Positions 6,424 to 15,037 of a DNA stretch of 37,909 nucleotides are shown in pieces. The translations under genes were made by a program, and so were the position numbers. Source of the stretch: a virus (lineage: Duplodnaviria > Caudoviricetes); the IMG/VR virus record IMGVR_UViG_3300022933_000012, positions 1 to 37,909 of that record. One strand, given 5' to 3'. The notes under the pieces were generated by a model that worked only from the letters and a program-made list of their open reading frames with translations, did no database searches and was not told the DNA's origin. Numbering within the stretch: position 1 is the first letter of the stretch; each line of letters begins with the position of its first letter.

Positions 6424-8274
6424 ATGTTTGATTTACCAGACCTCAGCCAGTACCCGGTCATCGCCCTAGATACCGAGACTACTGGACTTTTACAGGGGGT
6501 GGACAAGGCCTTTGGCGTTTCCATCACCCTTCCCAACTTGCAGGATTTCTACTGGGACCTGCGAGTCCACCCTCAAATCATAGACTATTTAAATGACAAA
6601 CTCGGCAATTATCGTGGCATTATTGTGGGCCACAACATCGGCTTCGATTACAGGATGTCACATGCTGCCGGACTTATGCTACCAATCTCCAACCTCGATG
6701 ACACTGTTATTCGGGCTGCTCTCATTGACGAGCATTTACTATCTTATAGTTTGGATGATCTCGCGATAAGATACCTGAACGAACGAAAAGAAACTGAGAT
6801 ATATGAAGAGTTGGCTTCCCTATTCGGAGGCCGGGCGACCCGCAAAGTTCAAATGCCCAATATCAGTCGGGCCCCAGTGAATGTCGTGTCCCCCTACGCA
6901 AAGAAAGACACGAACCTCACTATGCGTTTATGGCAGTGGCAAGAGAAAGAAATCAAAGCCCAAAATCTGGAAGAAATCCATAAATTTGAGCGGTCCTTGA
7001 TACCAACATTCATCAAAACAATGGAACGAGGAATCCGCATTGACTCGGCATATGCCGAGGAAGCAGCCGACAAACTAACCCCTTTGATACTGGAAGACCA
7101 AAAGACTCTCAACGACATTGCAGGTCACGAGATAAACGCCAACTCGTCCGCCCAAATTCGTAAGCTGTTCGAACCTAAAATGGAGATAATTCGTGGCACG
7201 AAACAATGGGTAGCCAATGACGGCACTTTTTTGCTGGAGACCAATAGTGGCAATCCGTCCATCGGGTCAGACGCCCTGCGCCAAATGAAACACCCGGCCG
7301 CCGCCAGAATTCTTTCAATCCGTTCTTTGATCAAGACGAGGGACACTTTCATTAGGGGCCATGTGTTGGGGCACAGTGTGGGCGATAGGGTATATCCCAC
7401 CATAAACCAGAGCAAAGGCGAAACAGGAGGCACTGGCACTGGGCGACTGTCCATCCAAAACCCGGCCATGCAACAGATACCATCCAGAAATAAGACAGTG
7501 GCGGCCATTGTGAAGCCCTGCTTCCTGCCAGACGAGGGAATGGTATGGGTCGATGGTGATATGAGTTCATTTGAGGTTCGGGTGTTTGCCCACCTTATCA
7601 ACAACCCAGTCATCAACAATGAATACATGAGGGAACCGGAAACAGACCTACACCAGTTTGTGGGCGACCTGACCAACCTCCCCCGAAATGCCACATATAA
7701 TGGCCAAGCCAACGCCAAGCAATTAAACCTATCCATGATCTTCAACTCCGGAAACGGGGCAATAGCAGACGAAATGGGAATGCCTTGGGAATGGCAGACG
7801 TTCACTTCCACCGGGGGAAAGGCCATCACTTATAAGAAAGCCGGGCCAGAAGCATTGGAAGTTATCCAACGATACCATAGCCGGGTTCCCGGTGTGAAAG
7901 AGTTAGCGCAAAAGATGCAAAGGCGAGCCGAGAATTGGGGCTATGTTATGAATTATAAAGGGCGTAAACTTAGATTCCCACGCGGTTGGAAGTCCTACAA
8001 AGCATCCGGTCTCTTGATACAATCAACAGCAGCCGACTTGAACAAAGAGAACTGGAAACTGGCCGAGGAAGCTATGGGTGACGACGGCCATCTCATTTTA
8101 AACACTCACGATTCTTACTCAATGTGTATGCCGGAGAATTGGCAGCCAGTCTGGGCGCGAGTCAAAGAAGCAATCGAACAGCCACGCCTAAGAGTTCCTT
8201 TAGTATTAGATTTGAACGGGGCGGGCGAAAATTGGTGGAAAGCGCTACAGGGGGCCAATAGTGGAAGCAAGTGA
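6424..8274 (+). CDS. dpoZ: Family A DNA polymerase with 3'-5' exonuclease, DpoZ type
   Basis: Exo motifs DTETTG, HNIGFD, YAKKD; TGRLS; motif A DMSSFEVR; atypical motif B KQLNLSMIFNSG; motif C HDS instead of HDE; linked to purZ. Confidence 0.88.
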   Translation: MFDLPDLSQYPVIALDTETTGLLQGVDKAFGVSITLPNLQDFYWDLRVHPQIIDYLNDKLGNYRGIIVGHNIGFDYRMSHAAGLMLPISNLDDTVIRAALIDEHLLSYSLDDLAIRYLNERKETEIYEELASLFGGRATRKVQMPNISRAPVNVVSPYAKKDTNLTMRLWQWQEKEIKAQNLEEIHKFERSLIPTFIKTMERGIRIDSAYAEEAADKLTPLILEDQKTLNDIAGHEINANSSAQIRKLFEPKMEIIRGTKQWVANDGTFLLETNSGNPSIGSDALRQMKHPAAARILSIRSLIKTRDTFIRGHVLGHSVGDRVYPTINQSKGETGGTGTGRLSIQNPAMQQIPSRNKTVAAIVKPCFLPDEGMVWVDGDMSSFEVRVFAHLINNPVINNEYMREPETDLHQFVGDLTNLPRNATYNGQANAKQLNLSMIFNSGNGAIADEMGMPWEWQTFTSTGGKAITYKKAGPEALEVIQRYHSRVPGVKELAQKMQRRAENWGYVMNYKGRKLRFPRGWKSYKASGLLIQSTAADLNKENWKLAEEAMGDDGHLILNTHDSYSMCMPENWQPVWARVKEAIEQPRLRVPLVLDLNGAGENWWKALQGANSGSK

Positions 8275-10552
8275 ACAAACAGTCCTAGACCTACGGAGTC
8301 TGGAAGATATATCTAAGTTGGAATCCTACGAACAAAGACTCTACATGGCAGCATTAGAGTATATCAAAGCAGGATTCTATGTGGTTCCTTTGACTAAGAA
8401 TGAAAAGAAGCTGCCTGAGGCCAATAAGGGCGTAAATTACTCCAACGCGTCCAAAAACCACCGGGTCATTGAGAAGTGGTTCCACCCCACAAAGGGCAAG
8501 TTTGCTGGATATAACATCGGCATAGCCACCGGACGCGAGAATGGGGTGTTTGTAATAGATGTGGACCGCCATGGTGAAGATGACGGAATCCAAACTCTCA
8601 AAGCTCTTGAGGCCAAGCATAGCGAACTGCCGATAGGACCCTGCCAAGCCACACCCAACGGAGGGTTTCATTATTTATTTAGGTGGCAAGAAAACGCCAC
8701 CAACAGTACCAATAAAATTGGTTCCGCCATCGACACTAGAGGCGGAAGCGCTGCGGCCTGCAAAGGTCACATAGTGGTTTGGCCCTCTATGATCAACGGA
8801 GTGGGTTATAAATGGACCACGTCCGGTCCACTGCCAAGCATCCCACATTGGGTGGTTGAGAAGATGGGAATTTCTTGGTCCAAGCCTAGGGGCCACATCA
8901 CCGGAGAAGGCCGGGGCAATGAGAACGTCAATGTTGATGATTTCGAAAAGAAAGTCCCCCTAGACCAGATAACCCGAATGATGGAAGCAATATCAATAGA
9001 CGATGCCACATATGACGAGTGGATTCGGGTTGGTATGGCGATCAAGTCACAATACCCGGACGAGGATGGGTTTGAATTGTGGGACGACTGGTCATCGCAA
9101 GGGCATCGATACGAAAAGAATGAATGCCGCATACGATGGGAAGGGTTTAGCGATTTCGGGGCCGTCAGAATGGGCTCCCTATTCTACATGTCAAATGAAA
9201 GTGGCTGGAAGCCTGAGCCAGATGATATCCACATGGGCAGGATACACGGGGAAATCGAAAGAATAAACTCCGAGTATGGGTTCACTGTGGTGGGAGGCAA
9301 AGCCAAGATCATCAGGGAAAGGAAGAAAACACACGCAGCCGAGATGCATATGGCCCGCTATGACCTCATGGACAAAACTTCATTTGAAGCCTACCTTGAA
9401 AATGACAGGGTGGTAATAGACGAGGAAACCGGGAAGAAGATTTCTGTGGCCAAGATATGGCTGGCAAGCGAGGCCAGACGGACATACCCAAATGGCATAG
9501 GTCTTTTTCCAGAAGGGGCCCCTGCCGGGTACTACAACACTTGGGAAGGTTTCGCGGTCAAGTCAGAACCGGGTGAATGTGATATCTTCATTGACCACAT
9601 AAAAAACGTCATATGTAATGGGAATGAAGATGAAAGCAAATGGGTCCTAGACTGGATTGCTGACATGTTCCAAAATCCTCAGGACCCGAAAGGCACTGCC
9701 ATTGTTATGAGGGGTGGTGAGGGCACTGGCAAAGGAACGCTGGCCAACACAATAGGGGAGTTGTTTGGTAGCCACTACATCCACCTCATAGATGACGCTC
9801 ACCTGACCAGCAATTTCAACGCATTTATGATGGACGCTGTCTTAGTGTTTGCAGACGAGATTACATGGGGCGGCAACAAAAAGACTTCCGGCAAATTAAA
9901 GGGCCTAGTGACTGAGAGATTTCTTGTGTGCGAGCGCAAAGGCATAGACGCCCAAAGCTTCCGAAACATGATACACATGATCATAGCATCCAACTCAAAA
10001 TGGGTAATACCCGCCGGCACAGACTCCAGGCGATGGTATGTAACCGATGTCAGCCCCAATAAGAAGGGCAACATACCATATTTCAAGAAAATCAATAAAT
10101 TTATGAAAGAAGGGGGCCACGCCAAAATTCTGAATTTCTTCCTTAATAGAAAGATTACCAGCGATCTGAGGGTGGCCCCGCACACCGAAGCCCTGCAGGA
10201 CCAGCGCGATATGTCAATGTCATCTGAGACCACGGCAAATTGGATATCAATGCTATGCATAAACGAGTCTATGAAAGCTGTTTGTCTTGATGATACCGAG
10301 GGCTGGCCGTTAAGGGTCCAAAAGAAAGATCTATATGAAGACTATACCGAGTGGTGTTCGAAACGTCACAGGCACTCCGACCATATGATGATCTTCTTCA
10401 AAGAACTAAAAAAGTTGGGATTTAGGCCCACAAAGAAAAGACTGCCGGGGGGAGGAAGAGTCCCCGCAGTAGAAGTACCTCTGTTAGATAACCTGATAGA
10501 GTCGATGAAGCAAATGCATAACATGAACCTAAGAGAAGAAGACGATGAATAA
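8261..10552 (+). CDS. Primase-helicase (PrimPol N-terminus, PriCT-2 domain, SF3-like NTPase)
   Basis: NIGIATG, VIDVD, TPNGGFHYLF; YDEWIRVGMAI..WDDWS; Walker A GGEGTGKGT; FADE; RRW. Confidence 0.9.
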   Translation: MEASEQTVLDLRSLEDISKLESYEQRLYMAALEYIKAGFYVVPLTKNEKKLPEANKGVNYSNASKNHRVIEKWFHPTKGKFAGYNIGIATGRENGVFVIDVDRHGEDDGIQTLKALEAKHSELPIGPCQATPNGGFHYLFRWQENATNSTNKIGSAIDTRGGSAAACKGHIVVWPSMINGVGYKWTTSGPLPSIPHWVVEKMGISWSKPRGHITGEGRGNENVNVDDFEKKVPLDQITRMMEAISIDDATYDEWIRVGMAIKSQYPDEDGFELWDDWSSQGHRYEKNECRIRWEGFSDFGAVRMGSLFYMSNESGWKPEPDDIHMGRIHGEIERINSEYGFTVVGGKAKIIRERKKTHAAEMHMARYDLMDKTSFEAYLENDRVVIDEETGKKISVAKIWLASEARRTYPNGIGLFPEGAPAGYYNTWEGFAVKSEPGECDIFIDHIKNVICNGNEDESKWVLDWIADMFQNPQDPKGTAIVMRGGEGTGKGTLANTIGELFGSHYIHLIDDAHLTSNFNAFMMDAVLVFADEITWGGNKKTSGKLKGLVTERFLVCERKGIDAQSFRNMIHMIIASNSKWVIPAGTDSRRWYVTDVSPNKKGNIPYFKKINKFMKEGGHAKILNFFLNRKITSDLRVAPHTEALQDQRDMSMSSETTANWISMLCINESMKAVCLDDTEGWPLRVQKKDLYEDYTEWCSKRHRHSDHMMIFFKELKKLGFRPTKKRLPGGGRVPAVEVPLLDNLIESMKQMHNMNLREEDDE

Positions 10553-11573
10553 AAAAGTAGATGTGATAGTGGACCTTCAATTTGGATCAACTGGCAAAGG
10601 CTTAATAGCTGGGTACATGGCCAAAAGAGGAGGGTACGATGTAGTCATAAACGCCAACATGCCCAATGCTGGCCACACATTCATAGACGACACCGGGAGA
10701 ACTTGGATTCACAAAGTGTTGCCTAACGGGTTCGTGGCTGATTCCGTTAAAACCGTGGGATTGGGCCCGGGATCAGTATTTAGTCTAGACCGCTTGGTCA
10801 AAGAACTATCCGATTCAGAGGACATTATGGGAGGCAAACGTCTAATAATACACGAGGCTGCCGTTGTGCTATCTAAAAAACACGCAGAGATAGAAAGGGC
10901 TACGCTTAGTGGGATTGCCTCTACAATGCAAGGAAGTGCTGCCGCGATGATTCAAAAGATAATGCGCCAAAAAGAGGATAGCCCCCTAGCAAAGGATGTT
11001 TTATGGGGAACTAAATATAGCAAGTATGTGGTAACTCACGCCGAGTGGGTCGATATTATGTACAAGGCCCACAGGATTTTACTGGAGGGAGCGCAGGGAT
11101 ATAGTCTGGGGGTCAATTCCGGGTTCTGGCCCTACTGTACCAGCCGTGATTGCACACCCACCCGGTTCCTGTCGGATTGCGCCATCCCCTTCAGCTGGGC
11201 AGATAAGGTGATTGGAACAGCCAGAGTCCACCCGATTCGGGTTGGTAACACGCCAGACGGTTTTAGTGGCGGCCATTACGATGACCAAGAGGAAACATCT
11301 TGGGCGGAGCTAGGTGAAGTGCCGGAGACCACCACTGTTACGGGGCGGGAGAGAAGAGTCTTTACATTCAGCCGGACCCAAATGAAAGAGGCTATCATGG
11401 CTTGCCAGCCCACAGACATCTTTCTTAATTTTTGTAATTATGACCCGCTCTTGGCGGAAGAAATCATAATCCAGACAAACAAAGACCTTGCCAAAATTGG
11501 GCCCGATGGGGCGCAAGTCACCTACACTGGCTGGGGCGCAAAAGAAGGGGATGTGTTCTATGAAAATCAATGA
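10545..11573 (+). CDS. purZ: N6-succino-2-amino-2'-deoxyadenylate synthase (PurA paralogue)
   Basis: DLQFGSTGKG (Ser replaces the catalytic Asp of PurA GDEGKG), NAGHT, LLEGAQG, YCTSR, PIRVG, TTVTGR, and NFCNY in place of TKLD; 342 aa. Confidence 0.95.
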   Translation: MNKKVDVIVDLQFGSTGKGLIAGYMAKRGGYDVVINANMPNAGHTFIDDTGRTWIHKVLPNGFVADSVKTVGLGPGSVFSLDRLVKELSDSEDIMGGKRLIIHEAAVVLSKKHAEIERATLSGIASTMQGSAAAMIQKIMRQKEDSPLAKDVLWGTKYSKYVVTHAEWVDIMYKAHRILLEGAQGYSLGVNSGFWPYCTSRDCTPTRFLSDCAIPFSWADKVIGTARVHPIRVGNTPDGFSGGHYDDQEETSWAELGEVPETTTVTGRERRVFTFSRTQMKEAIMACQPTDIFLNFCNYDPLLAEEIIIQTNKDLAKIGPDGAQVTYTGWGAKEGDVFYENQ

Positions 11574-12069
11574 TATGCTTAGGGCCCAATATGTCAAAAG
11601 GTTCCATATTGTCCACACCATTAAACACCAAAGCATAGCCGAACATTCATTTAATGTTGCTATGATTGCCCGGGAAATATCCATCCGGTTTGGTTATAGC
11701 GAGGCTGCCATAAACATGGCTGTGCTGGATGGTATATATCATGATCTAGATGAGGTTATAACTGGAGATATTCCAACCCCCACTAAAGAAAGAGCCAAAG
11801 CTCAGGGAGTGGACCTGAATGACAACGGCATTTCTACGCCGTATCGTTGGGATAGTATTAAGGCCATCAGAGAAGTGGTCAAGGCTGCAGATTATATAGA
11901 GGCTGCATGGTTCCTAGGGGAAAATGGAGTGGGCCGACACGCCGATAGTGTGAAGGAGGATATCTTGGATAAGATGGAGGAATACTTCCAAGTAACTTTC
12001 AATGTGACAGAACTTGCACACATAAATGATGTCTGTGCCACCATTTTTAGCGCCGATTTCACCATATGA
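11560..12069 (+). CDS. datZ: HD-domain dATP triphosphohydrolase (YfbR-like)
   Basis: Start re-called at ATG 11560; VKRFHIV, QSIAEHS, HDLDEVITGDIPTP and VKAADYIEA; directly after purZ. Confidence 0.88.
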   Translation: MKINDMLRAQYVKRFHIVHTIKHQSIAEHSFNVAMIAREISIRFGYSEAAINMAVLDGIYHDLDEVITGDIPTPTKERAKAQGVDLNDNGISTPYRWDSIKAIREVVKAADYIEAAWFLGENGVGRHADSVKEDILDKMEEYFQVTFNVTELAHINDVCATIFSADFTI

Positions 12070-12467
12070 ACGAAGCCCGATTCCGGAAATGGGTGGTGGC
12101 GGCCATCAAAGAGGTTGGCGGCCATGCCTCCTCTATTGAATCTCACGCCACAAGCCCGGGAGTGCCAGATGTTGACTTCTGTATAGATGGTATTTCAGGC
12201 CACATTGAGCTTAAGGTTTATGGCAGCAAAGGCTTAAGGCAATCGCAGATATTATGGTTTAAGCAGAGACTGAAAGCGGGAGGAAAGCCTTGGATTTTAA
12301 TATATAGTATTGAGGGAGTTTACCTCATAGCAGGCGAACATTACCGCCTTGTAATAAACATGAATCAAAAAGAGAGATTAAAATGGGAAATAATAGCAGC
12401 ACAAATTTGGCCGACATTACCAACACCACAAAACCTTGCCATTGGCTTAAAGATAAACCAGCCCTGA
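12066..12467 (+). CDS. VRR-NUC/Holliday junction resolvase-like PD-(D/E)xK nuclease
   Basis: MNE..F, GVPDV, IELKV, LRQSQ..W. Confidence 0.8.
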   Translation: MNEARFRKWVVAAIKEVGGHASSIESHATSPGVPDVDFCIDGISGHIELKVYGSKGLRQSQILWFKQRLKAGGKPWILIYSIEGVYLIAGEHYRLVINMNQKERLKWEIIAAQIWPTLPTPQNLAIGLKINQP

Positions 12468-12778
12468 ACTACATGTACGAATTCCCAAACGGGATAGAAG
12501 GAATCTGCCGCACTCTGATGATGGGGGAGGGCAAATATACTAGGGGCGAATGGAAAGGCGATAGTAACACCCGGTACACTCAGTTTTCTATTATAGATTC
12601 AATGAATCGCCACCTCATGGCTAGCATAAATGGGGAAAAAACAGACCCGGAATCGGGCCTAGATCATTTATATCATGTGGCAGTGAATGCCTTGATGCTG
12701 GCCGAAAAATACGGAGTCCAGCCCCAGACCCTCAGGCAGGCATATCCATGGCCTATAGACGGTGACGAGTCAGATTAG
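12383..12778 (+). CDS. mazZ: dATP/dGTP diphosphohydrolase (DUF5664-like; MazZ role)
   Basis: G..KY....WK, RHL and GE..DPESGL.HL.H...NALML motifs; lies in the Z cluster. The start codon and gene symbol are tentative. Confidence 0.75.
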   Translation: MGNNSSTNLADITNTTKPCHWLKDKPALNYMYEFPNGIEGICRTLMMGEGKYTRGEWKGDSNTRYTQFSIIDSMNRHLMASINGEKTDPESGLDHLYHVAVNALMLAEKYGVQPQTLRQAYPWPIDGDESD

Positions 12779-12792
12779 GCTAGCAGCTACTA

Positions 12793-12990
12793 ATGAGCTA
12801 CCAAGATAGCATCACCGTCAGCATTAACAATGCCCTGCGCACAAAGCTGCGTAGGGAGGCAAAGGGCTTAACCAAGGCTGAAACAAAACTACAACATCGC
12901 AATGCAACCCATGTTGCGAGAAGGCGTCACGCAGAGGATGTGGCCCTTGCTAAGGAACTTGGCGTTGAATTAGAGGAGTTATTAGAATGA
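12793..12990 (+). CDS. Small hypothetical protein (RRR..ED..LAKEL motif)
   Basis: 65 aa; C-terminus resembles 1359-1568. Confidence 0.6.
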   Translation: MSYQDSITVSINNALRTKLRREAKGLTKAETKLQHRNATHVARRRHAEDVALAKELGVELEELLE

Positions 12991-13358
12991 CAACTGCCAA
13001 TGCAACAACAAACGAAGGTGGTTACAAATTAGTTGGGGCGGCGGCAGTTGGTAAACCACTGACACCAAACCAGATGTATTCTGAAAGAACACCAGCAAAT
13101 ACGATTTGGAATTACCGATATTCTGATCTATTAACAACACTGAGATATAGTAAAAACTCACCAGTTTCAATTGGCGCAAGCCACCTTCTTGATAAATTAA
13201 ATTATTCAATTGTTAATAATTGCCATGTTTATACTTCAAATACACCACGGCATTGGGCTATACATTGCCCCGACATTGGAAAAGTTATAATTCTAATGCA
13301 ACAAAATGAATTTGTCGTTGATGACGATTCATCTTTTACAGGGAGGATACCAAGATGA
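12987..13358 (+). CDS. Hypothetical protein (AT-rich)
   Basis: 123 aa; GAGGAG RBS; ATGA overlaps at both ends. Confidence 0.55.
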   Translation: MTTANATTNEGGYKLVGAAAVGKPLTPNQMYSERTPANTIWNYRYSDLLTTLRYSKNSPVSIGASHLLDKLNYSIVNNCHVYTSNTPRHWAIHCPDIGKVIILMQQNEFVVDDDSSFTGRIPR

Positions 13359-13483
13359 GTGCAAAAGCCAAACCAGTAAGCAAGCCGATGAGCCAACAAT
13401 TCGCTGATAACTATGACAGTGAAAAGATGTTTGACCGTTTCAGGGTTAGCCATTGGATGCCGTTTGCAGAAGCGCCCAAGTGA
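13355..13483 (+). CDS. Small ORF not in the track (42 aa) with DUF551-like C-terminus
   Basis: RBS GGGAGG and ATGA overlap; MSAKAKPVSKPMSQQFADNYDSEKMFDRFRVSHWMPFAEAPK. Confidence 0.5.
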   Translation: MSAKAKPVSKPMSQQFADNYDSEKMFDRFRVSHWMPFAEAPK

Positions 13484-13491
13484 GAGGAAAG

Positions 13492-13935
13492 CTATTTGGC
13501 CTTTAGGAATCCGAGCTTTCCTGACACTAGTTTGGTGAGTAGCCCCCTCAGCCCGAACTTGACTACATAAATCCCTATGACAAGGTACTGGTACCAGTCT
13601 GGCATGGCAGCGAATGACTCAAATGCTGCTGTAACCTCATCTTGGTATCCTATGAATGAGGCAGCAATAGGCAGCAATAGCAGGGCAATCATCATATCAT
13701 CCACAGAGGACTTGTCCATCTGCTGCATGGCAATGTAGTCTAGATTGTAATCTTGTGTTTGTCCATTGTCAGCTAACTTGTGGGCAGCTTTGGCATTGGC
13801 AACCTTGACATCAGCTTCTGCTTCAAAACCTATAATAGCTGCGGCCTGTTTAGCCTTGGCAATATCATTCTTTCCGCTCAAATAGGTCTTGCCTAAATCA
13901 GCTATCGGGCCAACTATTGATGAAAAGATACCCAT
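13492..13935 (-). CDS. Putative holin (3TM/GTA-holin-like)
   Basis: Start re-called at 13935 (MGIFSSIVGPI); hydrophobic segments MIALLLLPIAASFI and PDWYQYLVIGIYVVKFGLR; adjacent to the endolysin. Confidence 0.7.
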   Translation of the reverse strand: MGIFSSIVGPIADLGKTYLSGKNDIAKAKQAAAIIGFEAEADVKVANAKAAHKLADNGQTQDYNLDYIAMQQMDKSSVDDMMIALLLLPIAASFIGYQDEVTAAFESFAAMPDWYQYLVIGIYVVKFGLRGLLTKLVSGKLGFLKAK

Positions 13936-13936
13936 A

Positions 13937-14323
13937 TTAATCCTCCAACTCAAAGTGCGGCATGTCCTGAAAACTTTTCCATAGGCCACCCCATTGAAGT
14001 TTGTGACCCAGTTCTGCTGAAGCTTGCATCATAGCAACTGCAATTATAGCCAGATGCTCTTTCTCCCAACTGGCTTTACCGTCAACGTAAGCGTACACGT
14101 CCAGTGCCCTTCCTGTTTGGTGGTAGCTCTTGTTGTTGACTCCATCAGCCTTAGATTTTCCGTCATCGAACAGCTTGGCTTGATCTTCAGTGGAGCGCAA
14201 GCCACCAGTGCTAGGGATACCAAAATCAATGATACTAACTTGAATTGCACGGTCACTGATCTCTATAAGACGGGGATCTACACCAGCCCTATTGTTAAGT
14301 GAATTATTACCTAATTTAAACAT
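13937..14323 (-). CDS. Endolysin, M15 family L-Ala-D-Glu peptidase (T5-like)
   Basis: GLRS.EDQ, SYH.TGRALD, WGG.W, DMPHFEL zinc-binding motifs. Confidence 0.92.
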   Translation of the reverse strand: MFKLGNNSLNNRAGVDPRLIEISDRAIQVSIIDFGIPSTGGLRSTEDQAKLFDDGKSKADGVNNKSYHQTGRALDVYAYVDGKASWEKEHLAIIAVAMMQASAELGHKLQWGGLWKSFQDMPHFELED

Positions 14324-14327
14324 ATTA

Positions 14328-14609
14328 CTACCTCAGCATAAACGCTGCACCAGTAACTAGAGCAGCAATTAACAATCTTACAAACCACTCATTAGCGCCG
14401 CTTGATTTGCTGACTGTTGCCAGCTTGACCGCGTGGTTATCAATTGCTTCCGAGTGTTTATTGAGCCTATTATCCTGCGTATTATTGTGGGCCACTAGCC
14501 CATCAATCTTGGTGTCTATAGCCACTAATTTAATCATGGCGTCCGATAGTTTGTCTATCTTAGCTTCCAGCCTATCGAATCGTCGGTTCGCATCATCCAT
14601 CATAATCAT
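14328..14609 (-). CDS. Coiled-coil protein with C-terminal TM helix (lysis-associated, XhlA-like)
   Basis: RFDRLEAKIDKL heptads; C-terminal WFVRLLIAALVTGAAFML. Confidence 0.65.
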   Translation of the reverse strand: MIMMDDANRRFDRLEAKIDKLSDAMIKLVAIDTKIDGLVAHNNTQDNRLNKHSEAIDNHAVKLATVSKSSGANEWFVRLLIAALVTGAAFMLR

Positions 14610-15037
14610 CTCAAATAAATAGCCACGCCGAAAAGGGCAGCTAGTATTATACCTAGTATAGCAAAAACCTTGATTGCTATCGTCATGTTTTCTTCTATTG
14701 CCGCTGCACGTTGATACTTCTTTCGTGCCTGAGCCTTGGCTGCTTCTTTTTGTTCTCTTGCAAACTGTGCTTTGAACTGCAAGAAGTCGTGATACCCCAT
14801 TAAGCCCTGCTTGTTGAGCATCTGCTTCAACTCTTCTTCCTGTTTATCTAGCTGTTTCTTTGCCTGAAACGCTTCGAGTGCATTACTACTACCCTTAGCT
14901 GCTTCCTTAGCAATGTCTTTCTCAGCTTGGAAGTAGTCAGTGACTGCTTTGCCTGCATCCATTAACTCTTTGCCATTACAGAGAGTTTTCTTGATGATAG
15001 AAAAGGCCGCATTTGCTGCTGCTAGTTCGACTAACAT
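14606..15037 (-). CDS. Membrane-anchored coiled-coil protein
   Basis: 143 aa; helical; C-terminal IAIKVFAILGIILAALFGVAIYL. Confidence 0.7.
   Translation of the reverse strand: MLVELAAANAAFSIIKKTLCNGKELMDAGKAVTDYFQAEKDIAKEAAKGSSNALEAFQAKKQLDKQEEELKQMLNKQGLMGYHDFLQFKAQFAREQKEAAKAQARKKYQRAAAIEENMTIAIKVFAILGIILAALFGVAIYLR

Noticed and set aside
7125-7829. 234-aa antisense ORF, and the other antisense ORFs across both arms
   Set aside because: They are shadows of well-supported genes on the opposite strand, with no RBS or recognisable motifs.
10545-11573. Canonical adenylosuccinate synthetase (purA) as an auxiliary metabolic gene
   Set aside because: The catalytic Asp is replaced by Ser, TKLD is replaced by NFCN, and datZ- and dpoZ-like neighbours indicate purZ.
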